Virus record (IMG/VR): IMGVR_UViG_3300020810_001156
Coordinates: 124,001-188,000 of that record
DNA length: 64,000 nt
Direction: 5' to 3' (one strand)
Below, in pieces: positions 45,348 through 54,166 of this stretch (positions are counted from its first letter, which is position 1; each line of letters opens with the position of its first letter). A model generated the notes under the pieces. That model made no database searches, had not been told where the DNA came from, and saw nothing but the letters and a program-made list of their open reading frames with translations. The position numbers and the translations under genes are program-made.

Positions 45348-45749
45348 ATGAAAACACAATTATTGTGTACATTTACTTCAAAGGATGGGTTACAAAAGAC
45401 TCTGCAAGATATCAGAGAAACTTATGTGATAGTGTATAACTATATCTATATTTTACAGAATAAATCAAACTTAGATGAACTTTACGTTACCTATAATATT
45501 AATACGGAGTTCAAACCACCACAACCTTTAGAAGATACAATACTAATACACAGAAAAAAAGAATCAAATACTCTATACACCATCAACGCACTAAATCAAT
45601 TAGTGAGAGAAGAAAATGGTGGGGTATTGGATAAGACATTCGTAATAGATTGGCAAAAATTTAGAAATTCAATAATACTTACAAATACTGAGGGTACGAA
45701 ACGTATTCAGACTCGTATCTTTGAGGTTATAGAATTTAATCAAAACTAA
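45348..45749 (+). CDS. conserved hypothetical protein
   Basis: Full ORF (MKTQLLCTFT...HRKKESNTLYTINALN) with ATATTTATA upstream. Confidence 0.6.
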   Translation: MKTQLLCTFTSKDGLQKTLQDIRETYVIVYNYIYILQNKSNLDELYVTYNINTEFKPPQPLEDTILIHRKKESNTLYTINALNQLVREENGGVLDKTFVIDWQKFRNSIILTNTEGTKRIQTRIFEVIEFNQN

Positions 45750-45759
45750 AATAAAAAAT

Positions 45760-46671
45760 ATGCTATTAAAAGTAGGTTCAAGAGGTGAAGATGTAAAAGC
45801 AGTTCAAGAATTCTTAGGTCTTGGTGCTGATGGAATCTTCGGAAAAGGTACGGAACAAGCCGTAAAAGATTTTCAATCCTTAAATGGATTAACTGCCGAT
45901 GGTTTAGTTGGAAAAGGAACTTGGGCAGCAATGGGATTAAACGATACTGATGCAACTGGACAAGAAGAATCAGATGCACCAGATATCTATTCAAAGAATA
46001 AAGTAACTAAGGGTGATTTAGAGTATGTAGAATACTTTATGCCCGAAGATGAGTACAAACATGGACCTGTAAACTACGAATATCTTTTCTTACACCACAC
46101 CGCTGGATGGCATAATCCTTATAAGTGTGTTGAGTATTGGGATATGGATAATGGTACTATTGCAACTGAATGGGTAATGGGTGGACCATCGGTAAAAGGA
46201 AACGATGATAAATACGATGGTGAATTACTACAATGTTTCCCAGAAGGTAACTACGCATGGCACTTAGGTAAAAATGGTTCACAACATATGCACGTGCATT
46301 CAGTAGGTATTGAAATTTGTAACTTTGGATATGTAGTAGATGGAAAAACTTATGCTGGTACTCAAGTAGCAGATTCACAAATTGTAACTCTAAAAGAAGA
46401 ATTTAGAGGACACAAAACTTGGCATAGATATTCTGATAAACAAATCGAACAATTAGAAAAGTGGATGAAGTTTATTGGAGAAAGGGATGGAATTGATATC
46501 AGAGCTGGATTACCTGCTTTAATCAAAGAAAAAGGTGCAGCTGCATTTGAGTTCAATGAAGATGCTTACTATGGTAAAGTAAAAGGTGTGTGGACTCACA
46601 CTAATACTCGTAAAGATAAATTTGATTTGTTCCCACAACAAGAGTTGTTGGATATGTTAGTATCTTTGTAA
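45760..46671 (+). CDS. endolysin: peptidoglycan-binding domain + N-acetylmuramoyl-L-alanine amidase
   Basis: L..GSRGEDVK..Q..LG...DG.FG..T..AVK.FQ...GL.ADG.VG; amidase motifs LHHTAG, SVGIEI, WTH...RKDKFD. Confidence 0.9.
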   Translation: MLLKVGSRGEDVKAVQEFLGLGADGIFGKGTEQAVKDFQSLNGLTADGLVGKGTWAAMGLNDTDATGQEESDAPDIYSKNKVTKGDLEYVEYFMPEDEYKHGPVNYEYLFLHHTAGWHNPYKCVEYWDMDNGTIATEWVMGGPSVKGNDDKYDGELLQCFPEGNYAWHLGKNGSQHMHVHSVGIEICNFGYVVDGKTYAGTQVADSQIVTLKEEFRGHKTWHRYSDKQIEQLEKWMKFIGERDGIDIRAGLPALIKEKGAAAFEFNEDAYYGKVKGVWTHTNTRKDKFDLFPQQELLDMLVSL

Positions 46672-46672
46672 A

Positions 46673-46906
46673 ATGGCAAGTATAGTATATAGATTGGTAA
46701 ACACTGGTTTAGCTGGTGAACCAGAACACATAGCACTTCAATCATTGGATAACCGATTAATGTTAGAAATATCTGATATTGATAAGGTTATGGAGGATGG
46801 ACTCAGAGAATGGGATTCTGCTTTAGACTATGATAGAATGTTAAAAACTCCTAATCATCGGTTTAATATACACACCATTAATGGTGAAATTATACTAGAG
46901 CTATAA
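46673..46906 (+). CDS. hypothetical protein
   Basis: 77-aa ORF directly after the endolysin. Confidence 0.5.
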   Translation: MASIVYRLVNTGLAGEPEHIALQSLDNRLMLEISDIDKVMEDGLREWDSALDYDRMLKTPNHRFNIHTINGEIILEL

Positions 46907-46921
46907 AAAAATCAAAATAAA

Positions 46922-47032
46922 TTTGGTAATCTCAAAATAATTCCTTATATTTGTATCAACAAATGAGGAAAATTAACATTTCAAAAAAAATTAAAAAAGA
47001 TTTGGAATTGTTAAAAACTTTTCGTATATTTG
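46922..47032 (+). promoter_or_regulatory. two tandem Bacteroidota-type promoters upstream of SSB
   Basis: TTTG-N20-TATATTTG at 46922-46953 and 47001-47032. Confidence 0.8.
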
Positions 47033-47149
47033 TATAAATATATCTTCAAAATTCCACTTAAAACCAGGTATTTTGATATTTATATAAGGTGTAGGAAAGA
47101 CACCATAATAAAACCAATAAAACAATTAAAACTTTAAAATTTAAAAATT

Positions 47150-47974
47150 ATGGCACTAGATTTAAGCGCAATCAGAGGTAGACTGAACAAACTACAAAAC
47201 ACTTCAAACAGAACATCAAATCTGTGGAAACCCACACCGGGTAAACATCAAGTCAGAATCGTTCCTTACAAATTTTCTCCTGAAAATCCTTTCATTGAAC
47301 TATTCTTCCATTACAACATCAACAACAAAACGTACTTGTCTCCAAGTTCATTTGGTAGACCAGACCCAATCGTTGAGTTTGCTGAAAAGTTGAAAAGAAT
47401 GGGTGATAAAGAAGATTGGAAAGCAGCGAAGAAAATGGAGCCAAAATTAAGAACTTTTGTACCTGTACTCGTAAGAGGAGAGGAATCAGAAGGTGTTAAG
47501 TTTTGGGGATTCGGCAAAACTGTTTATCAGGAAATCTTAGGTTACATTGCTGACCCAGACTATGGTGATATTACTGACCCTAATAATGGTAGAGATATTA
47601 CTATTGAGTATGTATCAGCTGAAGATGCAGGAACTTCTTATCCTGTAACTACTATCCGTGTTAAACCAAATGTAACTCCATTGGCAGAGGGTGATACTAA
47701 CATCCAAAACTTTATGGAATCTCAAAGTAACATTACTGATATCTATTCAGAGTTATCTTATGATGAATTAAAATCAGTATTAGAAGGTTGGTTAAATCCA
47801 ACTGCTGAAGAAGGTGAAGAGAGTGTTTCTCAACAAACTCTATCAACTCCATCAGCACCTAAAACTGAAGCTACTACGGCACCAGCTGCAGCACCTTCAA
47901 ATGAGGTAACTACTGAAGAGAAAAAGAAAATGGATGATGTTGCATCAGCATTTGATGATTTATTTAACGGATAA
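47150..47974 (+). CDS. single-stranded DNA-binding protein (gp32-like)
   Basis: LWKP..G...VRIVP, GVKFWGFGKTVY, YGDITDP..GRD; acidic tail AFDDLF. Confidence 0.9.
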   Translation: MALDLSAIRGRLNKLQNTSNRTSNLWKPTPGKHQVRIVPYKFSPENPFIELFFHYNINNKTYLSPSSFGRPDPIVEFAEKLKRMGDKEDWKAAKKMEPKLRTFVPVLVRGEESEGVKFWGFGKTVYQEILGYIADPDYGDITDPNNGRDITIEYVSAEDAGTSYPVTTIRVKPNVTPLAEGDTNIQNFMESQSNITDIYSELSYDELKSVLEGWLNPTAEEGEESVSQQTLSTPSAPKTEATTAPAAAPSNEVTTEEKKKMDDVASAFDDLFNG

Positions 47975-47984
47975 TTTACACTAA

Positions 47985-49103
47985 ATGGCAAAAAAAGAAA
48001 TGGACTTAGCGGCGGAACTAGCTTCCGAGCTAAACAAAACAAACAAAGACCAGAAGGTTGCCTTCTTCTTAGGAGAGGATGATGCACCCACAAATGTGGA
48101 TGGATGGATATCAACTGGCTGTGCTATGTTAGATGTTGCCATTTCGAATCGCCCTTATGGTGGACTTCCTGTTGGTAGAATTACCGAAGTAACTGGTTTA
48201 GAACAAAGTGGAAAATCATTAGTATCTGCACACCTCCTTGCTGAAACACAAAGGCAAGGTGGTGTTGCGGTTCTAATTGATACTGAAACTGCGGTAAGTA
48301 GAGAATTCTTAGAAGCAATTGGTGTAGATGTAGCAAAACTACTTTATGTATCAGCTGATTCAGTAGAACAAATTTTCGAATTTACTGAAACAATCATTGA
48401 AAAGGTAAGAACCACACAAAAGGATAAGTTAGTAACAATCGTAGTAGATTCAGTTGCTGCAGCTTCAACTAAGAATGAGTTGGCAGCTGATTATGGTAAA
48501 GATGGATACGCTACTGATAAAGCTATTATTATCTCAAAGGCGATGAGAAAAATTACCAATTTAATTGGTAGGCAAAAAATCACCTTAGTATTCACTAATC
48601 AATTAAGACAGAAAATGAACGCTATGTTTGGTGACCCGTGGACTACTTCTGGAGGAAAAGCTCTTGCATTCCATGCATCAGTTAGACTTCGTTTGAAGAA
48701 TATGGGACAAATCAAACAAAAAGTCAATGGGCAAGATAAAACCATTGGTATGAAAGTTAGATGTCAGGTTATCAAAAACCGAATGGGACCACCACTTCGA
48801 GCAGCTGATTTCGAAATATTCTTTGATAGAGGAATCGATAACTTCGGTTCTTGGTTAGGAGTAATGAAGGAAAATAAGTTGGTGAAGCAGGCTGGTGCAT
48901 GGTACACTTACATTGATACGGAAACTGGAGAGGAAATTAAATTCCAATCCAAAGATTTCATTGATTTGATGGAAGAAAGAGAAGATGTTAAAGAACAAAT
49001 CTACAAAAAGATTTGCGAAGCAACTATCTTACAATACAAATCAGATTCTAAAGATATCGAAGCACATGAGTTAGATACTGAGGGAGCTGAGGTGGTAGAA
49101 TAA
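47985..49103 (+). CDS. recA: RecA/UvsX-like recombinase
   Basis: GGLPVGRITE.TGLEQSGKS Walker A; IVVDSVAA; FTNQLR; TTSGGKALAFHASVRL; KNRMGPP. Confidence 0.93.
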   Translation: MAKKEMDLAAELASELNKTNKDQKVAFFLGEDDAPTNVDGWISTGCAMLDVAISNRPYGGLPVGRITEVTGLEQSGKSLVSAHLLAETQRQGGVAVLIDTETAVSREFLEAIGVDVAKLLYVSADSVEQIFEFTETIIEKVRTTQKDKLVTIVVDSVAAASTKNELAADYGKDGYATDKAIIISKAMRKITNLIGRQKITLVFTNQLRQKMNAMFGDPWTTSGGKALAFHASVRLRLKNMGQIKQKVNGQDKTIGMKVRCQVIKNRMGPPLRAADFEIFFDRGIDNFGSWLGVMKENKLVKQAGAWYTYIDTETGEEIKFQSKDFIDLMEEREDVKEQIYKKICEATILQYKSDSKDIEAHELDTEGAEVVE

Positions 49104-49119
49104 AAAGTAATAATAAGTT

Positions 49120-49365
49120 ATGAGTAAATTAAAAGAAATGTTACAAGCATCTGCGAAAGCAGATAGAGCTAAAGCACTCCTTACTTTGGAGTTGTTGGAG
49201 AACAAAGCAGTGGGTATTGGAGACCACTCAACTGAGGATTTTTATAAAAACGCAGAAGAGGCATTATCCAAACTATGTGATGCAGAAGATAGATTACAAA
49301 CTATCGATAATTATTTCGGTGAAGGTATTCACAATTATTTTTCTGATTCAACAACAACTACATAA
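49120..49365 (+). CDS. hypothetical protein
   Basis: 81 aa, VGIGDH motif; coupled to the next gene by a TAATG overlap. Confidence 0.6.
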   Translation: MSKLKEMLQASAKADRAKALLTLELLENKAVGIGDHSTEDFYKNAEEALSKLCDAEDRLQTIDNYFGEGIHNYFSDSTTTT

Positions 49366-50411
49366 TGAAAGACCTCTATAAAAACATTCTAAACGAAGTT
49401 GAGCAGGAACGAGAAACGAATCACCTTCGTGAGAGAAATAGTAGAGTTCTGATTATTGATGGACTAAACACCTTCATCCGAAGTTGGACAACCAACCCCA
49501 CAATGAATGAGGATGGTGACCATACGGGTGGGGTGATTGGCTCCCTCAAATCTATTGGATACCAAATTAGAGAATTTAATCCAACCCGATGTATCGTAAC
49601 CTTTGATGGTAAAGATGGTTCTCAATCCAGAAAGAAAATCCACGAAGGATATAAAGCTGGTAGAGAAAAGAACCGATTTAGAGTAAACCGTCAATATCAA
49701 GGTATGATGGATGAGGAAGAGGAAAGATTATCTATGAAACAACAATTCATTTGGTTAAATGATATTTTAGATTATCTACCTGTTCAGACTATGATTTATG
49801 ATGGAATTGAAGCAGATGATACAATAGCATATCTAACTAAACACAATGAATCGGATTTAGGTAATGAAGTTGTTATTGTTTCAACTGATAAAGATTTTCT
49901 TCAGTTAGTTTCTGATAAAGTAAAAGTATTTTCACCTACTAAAAAGAAATTATACGATAGACAGATGGTGTTTGATGAGTATGGAATTTGGCCTGAGAAT
50001 CTTTTATTATATAGAACATTGGATGGTGATAAATCAGATAACATACCAGGCATCAAAGGATGTGGTATTAAAACTCTTTTAAAGAGGTTTCCTGAACTTT
50101 CTGAGGATAGATTGATAACACATGAGGAGTTCTTCCAATTGTGTGAAGATAAGCAAGGTAAAATCAAATTATATGATGATATCTTAAAAGCAAAAGACCA
50201 ACTTCTTATGAATAAGAGGTTAATGGAGTTAGATGAACCCCATATCCCAACAAATCAGAAGTTAAAAATCTTAGATAGATTTAATGAAGATGATGTTGAA
50301 TTTAAGAAATTAGATTTTCTTAGAGTTGGACAAAAATACAAAATTCTCCAAAATTGGAGAGATATAAATGATTGGTTACATTCAACCTTTCAAAATATTA
50401 TTACAAAATAA
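49365..50411 (+). CDS. 5'-3' exonuclease / RNase H (FEN-like)
   Basis: IIDGLN, FDG, YKAGR, EADD, STDKDFLQL, GDKSDNIPGIKG.G.KT. Confidence 0.93.
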   Translation: MKDLYKNILNEVEQERETNHLRERNSRVLIIDGLNTFIRSWTTNPTMNEDGDHTGGVIGSLKSIGYQIREFNPTRCIVTFDGKDGSQSRKKIHEGYKAGREKNRFRVNRQYQGMMDEEEERLSMKQQFIWLNDILDYLPVQTMIYDGIEADDTIAYLTKHNESDLGNEVVIVSTDKDFLQLVSDKVKVFSPTKKKLYDRQMVFDEYGIWPENLLLYRTLDGDKSDNIPGIKGCGIKTLLKRFPELSEDRLITHEEFFQLCEDKQGKIKLYDDILKAKDQLLMNKRLMELDEPHIPTNQKLKILDRFNEDDVEFKKLDFLRVGQKYKILQNWRDINDWLHSTFQNIITK

Positions 50412-50412
50412 T

Positions 50413-50443
50413 TTTGATATATCACAAATTTTTCTTATATTTG
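50413..50443 (+). promoter_or_regulatory. Bacteroidota-type promoter upstream of helicase
   Basis: TTTG-N19-TATATTTG. Confidence 0.7.
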
Positions 50444-50468
50444 TGAAATCAAATTAGGTTATAGGTAA

Positions 50469-51827
50469 ATGCAAAATATAGATACTCTTTCAAAATACGG
50501 ACAATCCTTTCAAACGAAGGTACTTTCTTCTTTGATTACGGATGTTCGTTTATTGGATACTCTTAGTGAGATTATACATCCAAAGTTTTTTGAAGCTGAG
50601 GCTAATAAATGGATAGCAGAGGAGATTGTTTCATATTACGATGAATTTAAGAAATCTCCAACATTAGACGTTTTTAAATCCGAAGTTTCGAAGTTAGATG
50701 ATAGAGGGTTTCAGAAAAGTGTAGTAGAGCAATTAAAATTAGTTTTTACCAAAGTTGGTGATTCTGATTTGGATTATGTAAAGAAAGAGTTTTCTTCATT
50801 TTGCATCAACCAAAACCTAAAACAAGCTATTGTTAGTTCAGTTGATTTACTAAAAGCTGGTAACTATGATAGAATCAAAGATTTAGTAGATAAAGCAATG
50901 AAGGTAGGAGTGGATTCAGATATGGGACACGATTACCTTTTAGATTTTGAAGAAAGAACTAACGAAGTTGATAGAAGTACAGTTCCAACTGGTTGGGATT
51001 GTATTAATGAATTGATGGATGGTGGTTTGGGACCTGGCGAATTAGGAGTAGCAGTAGCACCTTCTGGTGTTGGTAAAACTTGGGTACTATGTGCAATCGG
51101 AGCAGCAGCTGTTAAGAGAGGATTAAATGTAGTACATTACTCTTTGGAATTATCAGAACATTATGTGGGACAGAGATACGATACTGTATTTACACAAATC
51201 CCATCAGCAGATGTGAAAGATAAGAAAGAAGAAGTAAAAGAGAAAATCAATAGATTGAGTGGAAAACTTCTTATTAAGTATTTCCCACCAAAAGGTATAT
51301 CTGCTAAAAAATTAGAATCCCATATTGAGAAGATGACAGCAGCAGGAAATAAACCTGATTTGATAATTATTGATTATGCTGATTTGTTATTATCTCACAC
51401 TAATAAATCCGATTCAACCTATGGTGAGCAAGGTGGTGTTTACATTGAGTTGAGAGGTATTAGTGGTGAATTGGGTATTCCTATTTGGACAGCATCCCAA
51501 ACCAATCGTTCAGCAATTGATTCTGAAGTTATTGAAGCGGATAAGGTAGCAGATTCCTACGCTAAGGTAATGAACGCTGATTTCATTATGAGTATCAGTA
51601 GAAAGAGTAAGGATAAATTGAACAATACTGCAAGATTCCATATTATGAAAAACCGATTTGGACCCGATGGAATTACTTTCCCATCTAAGATGGATACCAA
51701 TACTGGATTCATTGAGGTTTATGATGGCAATTCATCAGATGGAATTATTACACAAAAAGAATCTGCAAATGGAGAACAAATGGAGAAAAAGTTACTTCAT
51801 AAAAAGTATGTTGAAAACTTTGGGTAA
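50469..51827 (+). CDS. replicative DnaB/gp41-like helicase
   Basis: GGLGPGEL...APSGVGKT, YSLEL, IIDYADL, WTASQ.NR, KNRFG. Confidence 0.93.
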   Translation: MQNIDTLSKYGQSFQTKVLSSLITDVRLLDTLSEIIHPKFFEAEANKWIAEEIVSYYDEFKKSPTLDVFKSEVSKLDDRGFQKSVVEQLKLVFTKVGDSDLDYVKKEFSSFCINQNLKQAIVSSVDLLKAGNYDRIKDLVDKAMKVGVDSDMGHDYLLDFEERTNEVDRSTVPTGWDCINELMDGGLGPGELGVAVAPSGVGKTWVLCAIGAAAVKRGLNVVHYSLELSEHYVGQRYDTVFTQIPSADVKDKKEEVKEKINRLSGKLLIKYFPPKGISAKKLESHIEKMTAAGNKPDLIIIDYADLLLSHTNKSDSTYGEQGGVYIELRGISGELGIPIWTASQTNRSAIDSEVIEADKVADSYAKVMNADFIMSISRKSKDKLNNTARFHIMKNRFGPDGITFPSKMDTNTGFIEVYDGNSSDGIITQKESANGEQMEKKLLHKKYVENFG

Positions 51828-51921
51828 CTATCAAAATTTGTACAAAATATCAAAAAACAAAAAAGTAAGAAATTTAATATTGGAACTTAATTTTTTTTCA
51901 ATATATACAATAGTTATAATC

Positions 51922-51953
51922 ACCGAGCAGCAATCGAAGGTGTTCGGTTTTTT
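51922..51953 (+). terminator. hairpin + U-tract (terminator or attenuator)
   Basis: ACCGAGCA...TGTTCGGT stem followed by TTTTT. Confidence 0.55.
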
Positions 51954-51982
51954 AATTTAATTAATTTATAAATATATTATCT

Positions 51983-52153
51983 ATGGCAACATCACAAGAA
52001 TTATTCGAACAAATCAAAGAACTCTTCGTTGAGTTTGAAGAAAATCACACTGCAACTACTAAAGCAGGTAAATCAAGAGCTAGAAAGGCAATTGGTGAAA
52101 TTAAAAAATTAGTAACCGATTACAGAAAAGCTTCTGTTGAAGAAAATAAATAA
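51983..52153 (+). CDS. histone H1-like Hc1-family protein (56 aa; not in ORF track)
   Basis: Translated by hand: MATSQELFEQIKELFVEFEENHTATTKAGKSRARKAIGEIKKLVTDYRKASVEENK, matching the Hc1-like KA...RARK...E..KL...(Y/F)RK.S pattern. Confidence 0.8.
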   Translation: MATSQELFEQIKELFVEFEENHTATTKAGKSRARKAIGEIKKLVTDYRKASVEENK

Positions 52154-52158
52154 TCGTA

Positions 52159-52569
52159 ATGGATGTAATTGAGTATCTCCAACATTGTGTCAAAACCGAT
52201 ATAGCACCTTCTCCAATACATGGAATTGGTACATTCGCTTTAAGAGATATTGAAGTTGGTGAATCTCTTTTTGAAGTGTGGAAAGGTGATACTCGAATTT
52301 ATACCATTGAAAGGGATAAATTTGAGGAATTACCCCACTACACTAAAAAATTAATCTTAAAAGGGTATCTTAATAAACCCGAATACCCAGTTTATTGGTT
52401 TAGATTATTTAACGATTGTTATTGGAATTTGGCTAATCCAATAATGCATACAAACACAGCCGAAAAAAATGGTAACTTCGATTCAATCACTAAAAAAGTT
52501 ATCAAGCCAATCAAAGTTGGTGAAGAAATTTTAGGAACCTACAATTTAAACGATACAATATTAAAATGA
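52159..52569 (+). CDS. SET-domain protein (putative lysine methyltransferase)
   Basis: SPIHGIGTFALRDI..GE and I..GEEILGTY motifs; the NHS motif appears degenerate (HTNTA). Confidence 0.8.
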   Translation: MDVIEYLQHCVKTDIAPSPIHGIGTFALRDIEVGESLFEVWKGDTRIYTIERDKFEELPHYTKKLILKGYLNKPEYPVYWFRLFNDCYWNLANPIMHTNTAEKNGNFDSITKKVIKPIKVGEEILGTYNLNDTILK

Positions 52570-52877
52570 CATTTGATGAATTGATTGAAAACATCACCCA
52601 ATGGGCTGATGACAAGGGGATACTTGTTCCTGATAATGCTCCAAAACAATCTATGAAGATTATGGAGGAGTTAGGTGAAACAATGGGAGCAATCCTAAAA
52701 GGAAAAAAGACTGATGAAGTTATCGATGGTATCGGTGATATATTAGTTACAGTTATTATTTTAGCAAAACAATTAGGTTTAGAACCTACCGAATGTTTGG
52801 AATCAGCTTGGAATGAAATCAAAGATAGGAAGGGAAAGACCGTAAATGGTACATTTATCAAAGAAGAAGAACTATGA
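52566..52877 (+). CDS. MazG-like nucleotide pyrophosphohydrolase
   Basis: WADDKGI...Q.MK.MEELGE...DGIGDILVT...AWNEIKDRKG...NGTF.KE. Confidence 0.85.
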   Translation: MTFDELIENITQWADDKGILVPDNAPKQSMKIMEELGETMGAILKGKKTDEVIDGIGDILVTVIILAKQLGLEPTECLESAWNEIKDRKGKTVNGTFIKEEEL

Positions 52878-54154
52878 GTATATTTGTAGATACTACAGCG
52901 GAAGATGTTCACTTCGTAACTAAACGAGGTGGAGAAAAAGAGAGTTTTAAATTAGAAAAAATTCAAAATTCTATCCTAAAGGCAATGGAATCCATTGATA
53001 GGGTAGATGAGGAAGTAGCAGAAAAGGTTGCAAGAACTGTGGAAAGAAGTTTGTTTAAATACGAACACATCACTACTGTAACAGTAGATGAAATTGGTGA
53101 TGTTGTAGAAAACAAACTTATGGATGTTGGATTAAACAATGTAGCAAAAGAATACATTCTATATCGCTCAAAAAACAAACCAAACATCTTTAAGAAAAGA
53201 GTAAATCTTAAACCTTACGAATATCCACAATTAGTGGAGTATGTTGATGCTATTAGACACTCTTATTGGGTTCATACTGAGTTCAACTTCACATCAGATA
53301 TCCAAGACTTTAAAGTACATCTGAGTGAAAAGGAAAGAACCGCAGTAGAAAGAGCTATGTTAGCAATATCCCAAATTGAAATCGCTGTAAAAACCTTTTG
53401 GGGAGATATCTACAAAAAAATGCCAAAACCTGAGATTGGAAATGTTGGAGCAACTTTCGCTGAATCGGAAGTTAGACATGCTGATGCATATTCAAACCTA
53501 ATTCAGGTTTTAGGATTAAACAATGAGTTTGAAAACTTAATGGAAGTACCTGCGATTCGTAGAAGAATCAAATATTTAGAGAAATCTATTAGTGGAGCTC
53601 GTTCTATTGAAAATAGAGATTACTTTGAATCAGTAATACTTTTCTCTATGTTTATTGAGAATGTATCACTATTTTCACAATTCTTAGTGATGTTATCATT
53701 TAACAAACATAAGAATGTATTGAAAGGTATTAGTAACGCTGTTGAAGCAACATCAAAAGAAGAAAACATTCATGCTGAATTTGGATTTGATTTGGTTAAC
53801 ACAATCAAAGCTGAGAATCCTGATTGGTGGACTGATGATTTAGTTGAAGATATTATTGATGCAACTTTAGATGCATACGATGCTGAGGCTGAAATCGTAG
53901 ATTGGATGTTTGAAAAAGGAGATTTAGATTTCCTAACCAAAGAACAAACCTTAGAATTTATTAAAGATAGATTCAACAGGTCATTAAAATCAATTGGTAT
54001 CGATAGTGTTTTCAGTATTGATGAATCTTTATTAGAAACAACTGAGTGGTTTGATGATGAAATCCTTACCACAAAACATACCGATTTCTTTAACAAAAGA
54101 AGTATAAATTATAGTAAAAAACAAAAATCGATTACAGAAGACGATTTATTTTAA
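52874..54154 (+). CDS. nrdB: ribonucleotide reductase beta subunit with N-terminal ATP-cone
   Basis: VTKRGG...F..EKI...I.KA...VE..LM...VAKEYILYR ATP-cone; ferritin-like E..EVRH..Y...EE..H; DFF near C-terminus. Confidence 0.92.
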   Translation: MSIFVDTTAEDVHFVTKRGGEKESFKLEKIQNSILKAMESIDRVDEEVAEKVARTVERSLFKYEHITTVTVDEIGDVVENKLMDVGLNNVAKEYILYRSKNKPNIFKKRVNLKPYEYPQLVEYVDAIRHSYWVHTEFNFTSDIQDFKVHLSEKERTAVERAMLAISQIEIAVKTFWGDIYKKMPKPEIGNVGATFAESEVRHADAYSNLIQVLGLNNEFENLMEVPAIRRRIKYLEKSISGARSIENRDYFESVILFSMFIENVSLFSQFLVMLSFNKHKNVLKGISNAVEATSKEENIHAEFGFDLVNTIKAENPDWWTDDLVEDIIDATLDAYDAEAEIVDWMFEKGDLDFLTKEQTLEFIKDRFNRSLKSIGIDSVFSIDESLLETTEWFDDEILTTKHTDFFNKRSINYSKKQKSITEDDLF

Positions 54155-54166
54155 GAAGTTACAATT

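Noticed and set aside
47033-47040. Canonical T4 late promoter TATAAATA
   Set aside because: Isolated copy adjoining an early -7 box in AT-rich DNA; structural genes carry the other motif instead.
51658-51960. 100-aa ORF overlapping the helicase 3' end
   Set aside because: Out-of-frame overlap running through low-complexity intergenic DNA; no recognisable motifs.
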